Shown here: piece by piece, positions 27,664-36,464 of the stretch
How the letters are laid out: each line of letters begins with the position of its first letter
Numbering within the stretch: the stretch's first letter is position 1
Source: Faecousia sp.
Lineage (GTDB): Bacteria; Bacillota; Clostridia; Oscillospirales; Oscillospiraceae
DNA length: 64,000 bases
Assembly: GCA_045539075.1 (NCBI GenBank)
Contig: JAZQEP010000034.1
Span: 32,856-96,855 of the forward strand
Reading direction: 5' to 3'
Notes under the pieces: generated by a model
Told to the model about the DNA's origin: nothing
What the model saw: the letters and a program-made list of their open reading frames with translations, nothing else
Databases searched by the model: none
Position numbers and translations under genes: made by a program

Positions 27664-28692
27664 ATGAGTGAAATCATCACCGAAACCGCAGCCCCCAAGA
27701 AACGGATGCTCTCCGGCATCAAGCCCTCCGGCGATCTGACCCTGGGAAGTTATCTGGGCGCTGTGAAGAACTGGGCAGAGCGGGCCGATCAGTATGACTG
27801 CTTCTACTTCATGGCTGACCTGCATGCCATCACCGTCCGTCAGAATCCCGCTGACCTGCGCCGCCGTACCCTGGAGCAGCTTGCCCAGTATATTGCCTGC
27901 GGCCTGGATCCCGAGAAGAATACCCTGTTTATTCAGTCCCATATTCACCAGCATGCGGAGTTGGGCTGGGTCCTGGACTGCTATTCCCAGTTCGGCGAGC
28001 TGAGCCGCATGACCCAGTTTAAGGATAAGTCTGCCAAGAATGCGGATAACATCAACGCCGGTCTGTTTACTTATCCCAGCCTGATGGCTGCTGACATCCT
28101 GCTGTATCAGCCGGACCTGGTGCCTGTTGGCGAGGACCAGAAGCAGCACGTAGAACTGACCCACACCATCGCACGCCGCTTCAACGGCATCTATGGCGAT
28201 GTGTTCAAGATTCCCGAGCCCTTCATCCCCAAGGTGGGCGCGAGAGTTATGAGCCTGACCAACCCTCTGGCCAAGATGTCCAAGTCCGAGAACGAGGACA
28301 CCGGCCGTGTGCTGCTGATGGACGATCCCAACGTGATTATGAAGCAGTTCAAGCGTGCCATCACCGATTCCGATACTGAGAACTGCGTCCGCTACGACAA
28401 GGAGAATAAGCCCGGCGTTGCAAACCTTATGACCATCTATTCCGCCGTTACCGGCAAGAGCTTCGAGGAGATCGAGACTGAGTTTGCAGGCCAGGGCTAC
28501 GGTAAGTTCAAGCCCGTGGTGGGTGAGGCTGTTGTGGAGCATCTGCGGCCCATCCGGGAGGAGTCTCTGCGGCTGATGAAGGATAAGGCATATCTGGAGT
28601 CCGTCTATCGTGACGGCGCTCAGAAGGCCTCCTACGTGGCCGAAAAGACCCTGCGCAAGGTCTATAAGAAGGTCGGCTTCGTGGCAAAGTAA
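27664..28692 (+). CDS. trpS: tryptophan--tRNA ligase
   Basis: SGIKPSGDLTLGSYLG and KMSKS motifs. ATG 27664 is preferred over the track TTG at 27643. Confidence 0.92.
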   Translation: MSEIITETAAPKKRMLSGIKPSGDLTLGSYLGAVKNWAERADQYDCFYFMADLHAITVRQNPADLRRRTLEQLAQYIACGLDPEKNTLFIQSHIHQHAELGWVLDCYSQFGELSRMTQFKDKSAKNADNINAGLFTYPSLMAADILLYQPDLVPVGEDQKQHVELTHTIARRFNGIYGDVFKIPEPFIPKVGARVMSLTNPLAKMSKSENEDTGRVLLMDDPNVIMKQFKRAITDSDTENCVRYDKENKPGVANLMTIYSAVTGKSFEEIETEFAGQGYGKFKPVVGEAVVEHLRPIREESLRLMKDKAYLESVYRDGAQKASYVAEKTLRKVYKKVGFVAK

Positions 28693-28700
28693 AAATATGA

Positions 28701-28731
28701 GAGCCTGTGGAGTTTCCACAGGCTCTTTTTT
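28701..28731. terminator. bidirectional terminator
   Basis: GAGCCTGTGG / CCACAGGCTC stem flanked by an A-run and a T-run. Confidence 0.85.
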
Positions 28732-29359
28732 ATTCATAATCGGGCACGCCATATCCCCGGATCAGGGGATCCCAGCGGATGATATAACGGCAGCCTACCG
28801 CATCGTCCTTGTTGCCTTCGATGACCTTGATGAAAGGTCCGTGGGTGCCGACAACGATGCCCACATGATCGGCCCAGCCCGTGCTGTCACCCAAAGTGCG
28901 AACATCCCAGTCGTAGTAGATGATGTCACCGGGCAGAGGTAGGTAGGTGTCCTCTTCCTCCCAGCGTTCCAGCTCCATCCACAGGCCGATCTGCCGTTCA
29001 CAGCCGCACTCTGTGGGGATGAGGTCTGTTAGACCGGCCTCAATGGCGCAGAAGCTGACAAAGGTGGCACACCAGTCGTCACTGTATTGCACTTCATACC
29101 CCTGGGCCAGGGGCTCATGGGCGTTGTAGCCATCGATGATTGCTTTGTGAGTGTCCATTCCTTCCGATGTGCCCAGATATACAGCCGCAGTGCCCAGAAT
29201 ATCTCCGCGTTGACCGACCGCGGCACCAAAATCTGCCCGGGGCAGGTAAAGCCCAAGAAACCCTGTCATAAAAATACTGAGGATCGCAAAAATACCAAAG
29301 AACCACAAAATCCGTTTAATTTTCTTCAAAAAAGTACCTCCCGGCGTGTTTGGCCCCAT
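28730..29359 (-). CDS. membrane-anchored CHAP/NlpC-P60-type peptidoglycan hydrolase
   Basis: N-terminal TM segment. Catalytic-type DDWCATFVSF and ADHVGIVV motifs. Start is uncertain (GTG 29371 or ATG 29359). Confidence 0.75.
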   Translation of the reverse strand: MGPNTPGGTFLKKIKRILWFFGIFAILSIFMTGFLGLYLPRADFGAAVGQRGDILGTAAVYLGTSEGMDTHKAIIDGYNAHEPLAQGYEVQYSDDWCATFVSFCAIEAGLTDLIPTECGCERQIGLWMELERWEEEDTYLPLPGDIIYYDWDVRTLGDSTGWADHVGIVVGTHGPFIKVIEGNKDDAVGCRYIIRWDPLIRGYGVPDYE

Positions 29360-29404
29360 TATACCAGACACGCCGGGAGATTGCCATTAATTTATCATTA
29401 ATTT

Positions 29405-29734
29405 TCACAGGAAAAGGTAGAGTGCCAGCGTCAGCCAAGCCCAATTCTGATCCTCCTGGCAATCACCCGCCATCAAAAGAAGCAGAAGAAGTATGATCAG
29501 ATCTCCGGTATCGAAATCTGCCGGAAGCAGTCTTTTGAGGAATCCGAATGCGCTGCCTTCCTGTTGCGAAGAGTAACGGGGGTGTGACGGAGGTGGAGGC
29601 GGCGTTGACTTGGAACACTCTGCCGAAGGGTGAATCGGTTCCTTCTGATAAGGGACCGGCTGGTGCCGGATAGGTTCCGGGCATGATTTTCGAACATGGC
29701 TGCCATCTCTCTGGGGTATATATCGGTTATACAT
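29405..29734 (-). CDS. hypothetical Pro-rich protein with C-terminal TM anchor
   Basis: 109 aa from ATG 29734 (MYNRYIPQRDG...), with an AGGTGA RBS. C-terminus is DTGDLIILLLLLLMAG. The track ORF 29405-29896 is over-extended. Confidence 0.6.
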   Translation of the reverse strand: MYNRYIPQRDGSHVRKSCPEPIRHQPVPYQKEPIHPSAECSKSTPPPPPSHPRYSSQQEGSAFGFLKRLLPADFDTGDLIILLLLLLMAGDCQEDQNWAWLTLALYLFL

Positions 29735-29738
29735 ATTT

Positions 29739-30080
29739 TCACCTGCCCGTGAGTAAGGACAGACCGCCCTGTCCCAAAAATCCCGAAGCCATACGGGCCA
29801 TTTTCGCTGCGCGCATGGCTTTTTCCAGTTTCTGAACCTTTCGATTGCTGACGTAGGGATGAAGCGCGGAGAGAAGTGCCTGCTGATTGGGGTCAATCCG
29901 GCTCTGGCCTGCGAAACCCGCGATCTTTTGGATCATGGCTGGATCAAAATCCGGTATATTTGAAGATTGGCCCGGTGATTCCTGGGAAGTCTGTCCCAGT
30001 GACTGGGCCATGGTCATGATCTGCTGCATCAGTTGAGGATTGTTCAAAATCGCCCCAAGCTTATCTTCCATCTGCTCCAT
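29739..30080 (-). CDS. hypothetical small helical protein
   Basis: 113 aa. GGGAGG RBS lies inside the end of the upstream gene. Confidence 0.6.
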   Translation of the reverse strand: MEQMEDKLGAILNNPQLMQQIMTMAQSLGQTSQESPGQSSNIPDFDPAMIQKIAGFAGQSRIDPNQQALLSALHPYVSNRKVQKLEKAMRAAKMARMASGFLGQGGLSLLTGR

Positions 30081-30300
30081 GATTTCCTCCCATTTGACGC
30101 AGCAGCTTTTTGACCTCAGGATTATTCAAAAACCCGCTCAGATTCTGCTGTACAGCGGTGTAATCACCGGCAGCGGCACTGGCCTTCATTTTTTCCAGAT
30201 CCACACTGCCGCTTTGCTGCAGCATCTTCAGCAGCTGCTTCCCGGCACTGCTGTTGGCCATTGCCATGGCCTGAGCGATGGCGTCATTGTTATGTTGCAT
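30061..30300 (-). CDS. hypothetical small protein
   Basis: 79 aa from ATG 30300, with a GGGAGGAATTGAA RBS. Confidence 0.55.
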   Translation of the reverse strand: MQHNNDAIAQAMAMANSSAGKQLLKMLQQSGSVDLEKMKASAAAGDYTAVQQNLSGFLNNPEVKKLLRQMGGNHGADGR

Positions 30301-30371
30301 TTCAATTCCTCCCATCCAGGACATTTTGCGTCTGGTTCACTATATGACGGACGTGGGACAGATGTGACGAT

Positions 30372-30404
30372 AAAAAATCAGCTGCCCGGAAAACCGGGCA
30401 GCTG
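30372..30404 (-). terminator. rho-independent terminator after the 29-aa gene
   Basis: CAGCTGCCCGG / CCGGGCAGCTG stem followed by a U-run on the minus strand. Confidence 0.8.
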
Positions 30405-30421
30405 TGCAACGTGTGGACGAA

Positions 30422-30511
30422 TTACCGGGAAACGTTCTTCCGACGACAATCGTTCTTACGGATCAGGTTGGTGGGGTTGAAGGTCAGCACAATGCTGGTG
30501 GGAATATTCAT
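30422..30511 (-). CDS. 29-aa small basic protein (not in ORF track)
   Basis: MNIPTSIVLTFNPTNLIRKNDCRRKNVSR. AAGGAGG RBS 7 nt upstream, its own terminator, and an extended -10 promoter TGaTATAAT at 30627-30635. Confidence 0.5.
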   Translation of the reverse strand: MNIPTSIVLTFNPTNLIRKNDCRRKNVSR

Positions 30512-30738
30512 ATGGATTCCTCCTTATATATAATGGCGTTTTAGCCTGAATTTTGTAGTGGCCGCAGGTGCGGCTGGCTGAATATATCGGTAAAGCGGAG
30601 CATATTTACTTGCGCTCAGCGGGAGTATTATATCAGCTTGACGGATTGGAAGAAAGTGGTATAATTGACTTGTATGGGAAGTATATTGACATTTTGCTTT
30701 TTATCAGATTGTGTTTGCAAAGAAAATAGGGGGCTTTT

Positions 30739-31602
30739 ATGCAATACAGCTACCATGAAAATCTGACAAATCTTGACGAAACCGGCTTTGGATTGATCTG
30801 CGTGGACCGGCCAAATTCCTTTGCACCCTCCCATTGGCATCAGGCGGTGGAGATTTTGCTCTTTGTTCAGGGCGAAGTGAACTGTAAATTCAGTCACAGC
30901 ACGGTTGTGGCAAAGCCCGGAGATGTTTTGGTCATCAATTCCCACGATATCCATGAGACCCGGTGTACCCACAATGCACGGTATCTGGTGGTGCATATTT
31001 TGCCCAGCATTATGTGCAGATATATGCCGGATTTTGACAGGCTTCACTTTTCTCTGAAGTTCGATCCGGACGATCCGGTAAAGTCATCGGCATTGGCGCA
31101 GTTTCGGCAGCATATGGAACAGATTCTGGATATCTATCAAAGTCAGTCGCTGACCGGGCAACTGGATATTCACGCCAGACTGTTTGCGCTGACATCGATC
31201 CTTGTGGAATATTTCTCCGACAGCAATCACGCGGAGGAACATAACCAGATCCGCAGTGACAGAAAGCGCCTGGAGCCGCTGCTGGAATATATCCAGGTGA
31301 ACCATCCGCAGCCGCTGCCGCTGGATAGTGCGGCGGAGTACCTCGGATTGAACCGGGAGTATTTTTGCAGGCTTTTTAAAAAGAATATGGGTGTCAGTTA
31401 TGTGACGTATCTGAACCAGGTTCGTGCCGCCGCGGTTTGCCGGGAGCTGGAAGTCTCGGAGGATCCTATTGGGGAAATTTCCGAAAGGCATGGTTTCACC
31501 AGCACAAAAATGCTGAATCAATATTTTCGGGAGCTATACGGCTGTTCCCCTTCCGAAAAAAGAAGGGCATTTCGTGAAATGATCCTGGACGGTGTATATT
31601 AA
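30739..31602 (+). CDS. AraC-family transcriptional regulator (cupin + HTH_18)
   Basis: 287 aa with a C-terminal double HTH. TTGACG-16-TATAAT promoter at 30638-30665. Confidence 0.9.
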   Translation: MQYSYHENLTNLDETGFGLICVDRPNSFAPSHWHQAVEILLFVQGEVNCKFSHSTVVAKPGDVLVINSHDIHETRCTHNARYLVVHILPSIMCRYMPDFDRLHFSLKFDPDDPVKSSALAQFRQHMEQILDIYQSQSLTGQLDIHARLFALTSILVEYFSDSNHAEEHNQIRSDRKRLEPLLEYIQVNHPQPLPLDSAAEYLGLNREYFCRLFKKNMGVSYVTYLNQVRAAAVCRELEVSEDPIGEISERHGFTSTKMLNQYFRELYGCSPSEKRRAFREMILDGVY

Positions 31603-31664
31603 CAGTAGAAATCTATGTGCGCATATGTTATGATAAAAATAATCTGCAGAAGGGAGGAGCATGG

Positions 31665-32162
31665 ATGAAAATTCTGGTATTTTCTGATTCTCACAGTGCG
31701 CTGAGCTTCATGCGCAGATGCGTGGAGCAGATCCGGCCGGATGCCATCGTGCATCTTGGAGATCATTACGATGACGGCGAAGTAATACGGGATGAAAATC
31801 CACAGGTGCTCTTCCGACAGGTTCCGGGGAATTGTGACCGCTATCGGGTTCCCGGCTTTGTTCCGGAAATTCTGATCGATCGTATCTTCGGCGTGGACTT
31901 GTACATGACCCACGGACATAAGCATTATGTCAAATCCGGGACCGGTGCGCTGATAGCCGCGGCCCGTGTTTGCAAATGTGCCGCTGTTCTCTATGGACAT
32001 ACCCATGTGGCCCAGTGTACCCGGGAAGAGGATGGCCTTTGGGTTCTGAATCCCGGTTCCTGCGGATATGGGGGAGGCAGCGCCGGTCTGATTGAAGTAA
32101 ATGACAAAAAAATAACCTCCTGCCGAATTATCAGCTGGAGGGATCTGGAGGAAATGATATGA
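31665..32162 (+). CDS. YfcE/MJ0936-family metallophosphoesterase
   Basis: MKILVFSDSHS, GDHYDDG and HGH motifs. ATG 31665 with GGGAGG RBS. Confidence 0.85.
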   Translation: MKILVFSDSHSALSFMRRCVEQIRPDAIVHLGDHYDDGEVIRDENPQVLFRQVPGNCDRYRVPGFVPEILIDRIFGVDLYMTHGHKHYVKSGTGALIAAARVCKCAAVLYGHTHVAQCTREEDGLWVLNPGSCGYGGGSAGLIEVNDKKITSCRIISWRDLEEMI

Positions 32163-32929
32163 TTTTAGCTGTGGATATCGGCAATTCCAACATTGTGATC
32201 GGCGGTCTGGAGGAGCAGAAGATCCTCTTCGAAGCCCGCCTGCGGACGGACGCTACCAAAACTTCCGATGAATACTGCATCGATCTGAAAATGATTTTGG
32301 AAGTTTATCACGTGGATGTGGCAAAGGTGGAGGGGTCCATTATTTCTTCCGTGGTTCCCCAGGTTCTCAACTCCATGAAGACCGCGTTAAGAAAACTCAC
32401 CGGCATGGACGCCCTGGTGGTTGGCCCCGGTCTGAAGACAGGCTTGAATATCAAAATCGAAAACCCTGCCCAGACCGGAGCGGATCTGGTGGTGGGATGC
32501 GTTGCGGCATTGCGGGAGTATCAGCCGCCTATGATCGTCATCGACATGGGCACTGCCACGACCATGATCGCACTGGATGCCACAGGCGCCTTTATCGGCG
32601 GCTGTATCGCACCCGGTGTGAAAATCTCCATGGACGCGCTGACCGGACGTACTGCGCTGCTTCCGGGCCTGCAGCTGGATCAGCCGAAGAAGGCAATCGG
32701 CAGAAATACGATCGACTGTATGCGCAGCGGTATCATGATGGGTTCTGCCTGCATGCTGGATGGAATGGTGCAGCGCATGGAGGAGGAAATGGGAAGCAAG
32801 GCAACCGTTGTTGTGACCGGCGGCATTGCAAAATTCGTGATCCCCATGTGCCGCACCCCCATGAACTATGAGAAGGACCTTCTTCTGAAGGGCCTTTGGA
32901 TCCTGTACCAGGACAACAAGAAGCGCTAA
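32159..32929 (+). CDS. coaX: type III pantothenate kinase
   Basis: N-terminus MILAVDIGNSN. 256 aa. 4-nt overlap with the upstream gene. Confidence 0.9.
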   Translation: MILAVDIGNSNIVIGGLEEQKILFEARLRTDATKTSDEYCIDLKMILEVYHVDVAKVEGSIISSVVPQVLNSMKTALRKLTGMDALVVGPGLKTGLNIKIENPAQTGADLVVGCVAALREYQPPMIVIDMGTATTMIALDATGAFIGGCIAPGVKISMDALTGRTALLPGLQLDQPKKAIGRNTIDCMRSGIMMGSACMLDGMVQRMEEEMGSKATVVVTGGIAKFVIPMCRTPMNYEKDLLLKGLWILYQDNKKR

Positions 32930-33096
32930 ATCGTAGCCAGATACAGGAAGAACGTTACGGTACACATACTGCTCAGGGCTGCGATGATGCCATTTCGAAT
33001 CTTGCCCAGAAAGTACCCGGGCTCAGCTTCGTTGGGATAGGTATAGCGGCGGATTCGGCGGTTAGAATAAGTTCTGGTTCTGGACATCTGATGCAT
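32926..33096 (-). CDS. 56-aa tail-anchored small protein (not in ORF track)
   Basis: MHQMSRTRTYSNRRIRRYTYPNEAEPGYFLGKIRNGIIAALSSMCTVTFFLYLATI. AAGGAGG RBS 8 nt upstream. Its stop codon overlaps the coaX stop. Confidence 0.5.
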   Translation of the reverse strand: MHQMSRTRTYSNRRIRRYTYPNEAEPGYFLGKIRNGIIAALSSMCTVTFFLYLATI

Positions 33097-33263
33097 GGTT
33101 GTTTCCTCCTTGTGTTTATCTTATGACTGGATTATACACAGGTATATGGGACATAAAACGGACCATTAAGGATTTATTAATTCTTTTGTTCGTTTAAAAC
33201 CAAGGTTGCATCATGTCCAAAAGTGTGTTATGATAGTGAAAATTCATTTTCCGGAGGTAAGAG

Positions 33264-33698
33264 ATGAATAATTCCGGTAATTTCAGAGAGAAATGGAAGG
33301 ACAAATTCTCCAAAAAGCAGGAGCAGGTCCCTGTAGAACGGCCCCAAAGCAATGAACCCGCTGCCAGGCTGTCATTCCGAGGGATCCTGCATATGATCTG
33401 GCTTGTTTTCTACCGGCTTCGGTCTGTGTTTTTGGCAATTCCTGTTGTGTTTGCCGCGCTGCGTTTGGCCGCGTATAATTCTGAGCATCTTCCGCTGATG
33501 GTTGGTATCGATATTCAGACCACCGGTGAATTTGCGCATATGATCAGCAGACAGAACGCAGTCATGTATCCGGTAATTTTGACCGGTGGATGCCTTGTGC
33601 TGATGTTCCTGTCTAAGAAGCCCATCTATCCCTGGCTCATCAGCGTTTTTTCACTGGTGATCCCGGTTCTTCTGCTGGTCACCAATATGCTTGGCTGA
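33264..33698 (+). CDS. hypothetical integral membrane protein
   Basis: 144 aa, 3-4 TM segments, GGAGG RBS, TTGCAT-17-TATGAT promoter. Confidence 0.65.
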   Translation: MNNSGNFREKWKDKFSKKQEQVPVERPQSNEPAARLSFRGILHMIWLVFYRLRSVFLAIPVVFAALRLAAYNSEHLPLMVGIDIQTTGEFAHMISRQNAVMYPVILTGGCLVLMFLSKKPIYPWLISVFSLVIPVLLLVTNMLG

Positions 33699-34002
33699 TT
33701 TTCGGAATAGCATTTCAGATCCTCAGTTGTGTAGTATACACAAAACAACATAAAAATTTCCGAATGTGTTCATCAATTCTTCACCATTCGCTCTTCAGAT
33801 GTGCTACAATATAAGTACAAAGACGGAGGCGGTGGGGGAATCCGATGCCGTGGAAATATCCGCGGATAACCCGACGGTGTACCCGTGACAGACCGGTTCC
33901 GGAGGCAGAAGAAACAACAGAAACAGCGGCTCAGAGTTTTCTGAGCCGCTGAAATTTTAATTGGGAAAGCGCCCGGGGATATCCCCGGGCGCTTATTAAC
34001 AT

Positions 34003-34575
34003 TTATCCTTCGATGTCCTGCACCTTTGCGTGCTTACCGAAAAAGGCGAAACCATAGCTGACAAACGCATACATCAGAAAAAGTAAATCCACGACTGCTA
34101 TGATGTAGACCGCGGTTGTGCTCATCTGAGGCATGAATACCAGCAGTGTGAGGCTGGCAAAGAGTACAGTGGTACACAGCTTTCCGGACATGAGAGCTCC
34201 ATCCAGAGCCTTTCCTTTGCGGTAATTGAAAAGCGCGGCACCAAACTGAAAAATCTCTTTTGCAAGGAACAGGATCAATACCAGCAGAAGCGCCGGATAT
34301 TTCATACTCAGACAGATGGTGAGAGCAAGCTGTGTGAATTTATCGGCAATTGGATCCAGAAGCTTGCCCAGAGGTGTGATCATGTTGAAATGACGGGCAA
34401 TTTTACCATCGATCATATCGGTTAAACAGGAAACAGCCAGTATCGTGCCTGCCAGATAATACTGTTTGGGCTCAGTTGCATTCAGATAGATGCTCACATA
34501 CACGGGGATCAGAACCAGCCGGAAGAGACTGAGCATATTGGGAATATTCAGAATATCTTTTTTCCAGTTGTTCAT
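34003..34575 (-). CDS. pgsA: CDP-alcohol phosphatidyltransferase (phosphatidylglycerophosphate synthase-like)
   Basis: DMIDGKIARHFNMITPLGKLLDPIADK motif. ATG 34575 with GGAGG RBS. Confidence 0.85.
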   Translation of the reverse strand: MNNWKKDILNIPNMLSLFRLVLIPVYVSIYLNATEPKQYYLAGTILAVSCLTDMIDGKIARHFNMITPLGKLLDPIADKFTQLALTICLSMKYPALLLVLILFLAKEIFQFGAALFNYRKGKALDGALMSGKLCTTVLFASLTLLVFMPQMSTTAVYIIAVVDLLFLMYAFVSYGFAFFGKHAKVQDIEG

Positions 34576-34703
34576 GGGAGGCCTCCGTGTCATTGGTTAT
34601 GCTGGTGTATCAATCATTACATACTTGCTTAATTATAGCATTTCCGTTTCACGAATCAAGCATAATATAAGCTGAAGATAAAAAATTCATAATTTGGAAA
34701 TAT

Positions 34704-35234
34704 TTATCCACGTTCCAACAGCGTGGAAGCCAGGGGATATTGCAGCGCGAGATGCTTCCATGTCCTCTTATCCAGACGACCTGTCACAGGCAGTAAGTTC
34801 AGTTCCTGGAAGGAGGAGATGGATTCTATGGTTGCGTTGTCTAGTATTCCGCTGTGTGAGGGGGGCGTGATGCTGCCGTACTGCTCTGAAAGCACGGCAA
34901 GTATTGCCTGAACGATACGTACGTGGGGATTTTTTTCCCCACGGCCGATAACCTGCCCGGGATTCAAGACCACATGCAAAAGCTCAGCTTCATCCATCTC
35001 GATCAGAGCCATATCATACTCTGCCACGATCTGTTCCCAGGTGTTCTGGTCTGTGACACCGGTGGGAGACATTCCGTGAAGATTTTGGAACCTGGCAACT
35101 GCTGAAACGGTGGATGGACCGTAGATCCCATCCGGAACTACTGTGAGGTATTTATCCTCCCTTTCCGCGATGACTCTGAGCATGGTCTGTAAAGCGCGGA
35201 TCGGCTGACCAATGAAAGACGCCCCGGGTTTCAT
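34704..35234 (-). CDS. peptidoglycan-binding (PG_binding_1 x2) protein
   Basis: Repeats are GIYGPSTVSAVARFQNLHGMSPTGVTDQNTW and LDNATIESISSFQELNLLPVTGRLDKRTW. Confidence 0.75.
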   Translation of the reverse strand: MKPGASFIGQPIRALQTMLRVIAEREDKYLTVVPDGIYGPSTVSAVARFQNLHGMSPTGVTDQNTWEQIVAEYDMALIEMDEAELLHVVLNPGQVIGRGEKNPHVRIVQAILAVLSEQYGSITPPSHSGILDNATIESISSFQELNLLPVTGRLDKRTWKHLALQYPLASTLLERG

Positions 35235-36454
35235 CGAACCACCTCCTGTCTGACGGGATCCTGATTGCCGGTTCGCAGATCGCGTCCCGGGAATTGGCGC
35301 ATGATCGTACTGGCTGCATAACGGTTTCTGGAACCACCGGTTCCGGCAACAGCGGAGGTATAGGGGAAATCCTCCGGGTTGCGTAAAGTTGTATTTTCGA
35401 TACCTGCATATTGGTCGTAGATTTCATCCCAGGTATCAAAATCAACCCGTCCTGTCTGAGGCAGCCCGAAGCGCCGCTGGGCTGCCAGAACCGCGTTTCT
35501 TGTGGCTGTGCCGAAGATTCCGTCTATGGACAGCGGTGGAATCTCGGGAATATAAGAGGAGAGTACCGAGAGCATATATTGCAGATGCTCAACCTTAATG
35601 CCGCGGTCTCCCTGTTCGATGGGCTCGTGGGCCCAGGAGTTGGCATAATAGCGCTGCCCCTGACTGCGAAGCTCCGCAAGCCGTGTGACTGCCACATAGA
35701 TGCGAACCAATGCGTACCAGGTGGCCGGACCTACAATACCATCTGCATTCAGCCCAAATACTTCCTGGAATTTTCTGACGGATGCTTCCGTTCGGCTGCC
35801 GAAGATGCCATCCACTGTGGGAACTTTCGGGATGGCAGGATAGCTCTGGGAGATCCGGTTGAGCATCACCTGGACAGTGACTACACTGGGTCCTGTGGTT
35901 CCCCGCCGCAGAGGAGTTCCGGGGTAGGAGGAGGTGATGCCCTGTACAGGCGCATTGTTGACGATCTCCACGTCGCCATAGTAACTTCGGATAATCTGGG
36001 TGGAATTATAGCCCTGTTGGGCAAGCCCCTGGCTGCCCCACTGACTTAGGCCTTCACAGGTAACCGTGGTGCCGTTGCAGAATTTCGCTGCCAGAGGTTC
36101 CACAAATCCCGGGCGGCGCAGATAGTCATTGAACAGCTCATCCACAAGCCTGGAAATATTGTCAAAATAGCTTCTGCCGTTGACAAAATACTGATCATAG
36201 GCTGTGGAGTTGGTAATATCAAAATCATAGCCACGGCTGCGGTAAAACTCAGTATACACCCGGTTGAGCGCGAAAGATACGATGGCATAGATGTTTGCAC
36301 GGAGGGCGCTTTCATCCCAGGTGGGGTAAATCTCGCTGGAGGCGACATTCTTGACATAATCTGAAAAAGATACGGTTACATTTTGGGCGTCCGAACCTGG
36401 AGGGCCCAGATGCACCGTAATATTCTCCGGTACATAGGGAATGACTGGCGGCAT
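35231..36454 (-). CDS. SpoIID/LytB-like domain protein with two PG_binding_1 repeats
   Basis: SEIYPTWDESALRANIYAIVSFALNR and GLSQWGSQGLAQQGYNSTQIIRSYYG are SpoIID-like. Two DGIFG...TW repeats follow. Confidence 0.75.
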   Translation of the reverse strand: MPPVIPYVPENITVHLGPPGSDAQNVTVSFSDYVKNVASSEIYPTWDESALRANIYAIVSFALNRVYTEFYRSRGYDFDITNSTAYDQYFVNGRSYFDNISRLVDELFNDYLRRPGFVEPLAAKFCNGTTVTCEGLSQWGSQGLAQQGYNSTQIIRSYYGDVEIVNNAPVQGITSSYPGTPLRRGTTGPSVVTVQVMLNRISQSYPAIPKVPTVDGIFGSRTEASVRKFQEVFGLNADGIVGPATWYALVRIYVAVTRLAELRSQGQRYYANSWAHEPIEQGDRGIKVEHLQYMLSVLSSYIPEIPPLSIDGIFGTATRNAVLAAQRRFGLPQTGRVDFDTWDEIYDQYAGIENTTLRNPEDFPYTSAVAGTGGSRNRYAASTIMRQFPGRDLRTGNQDPVRQEVVR

Positions 36455-36464
36455 GATTCACCTC

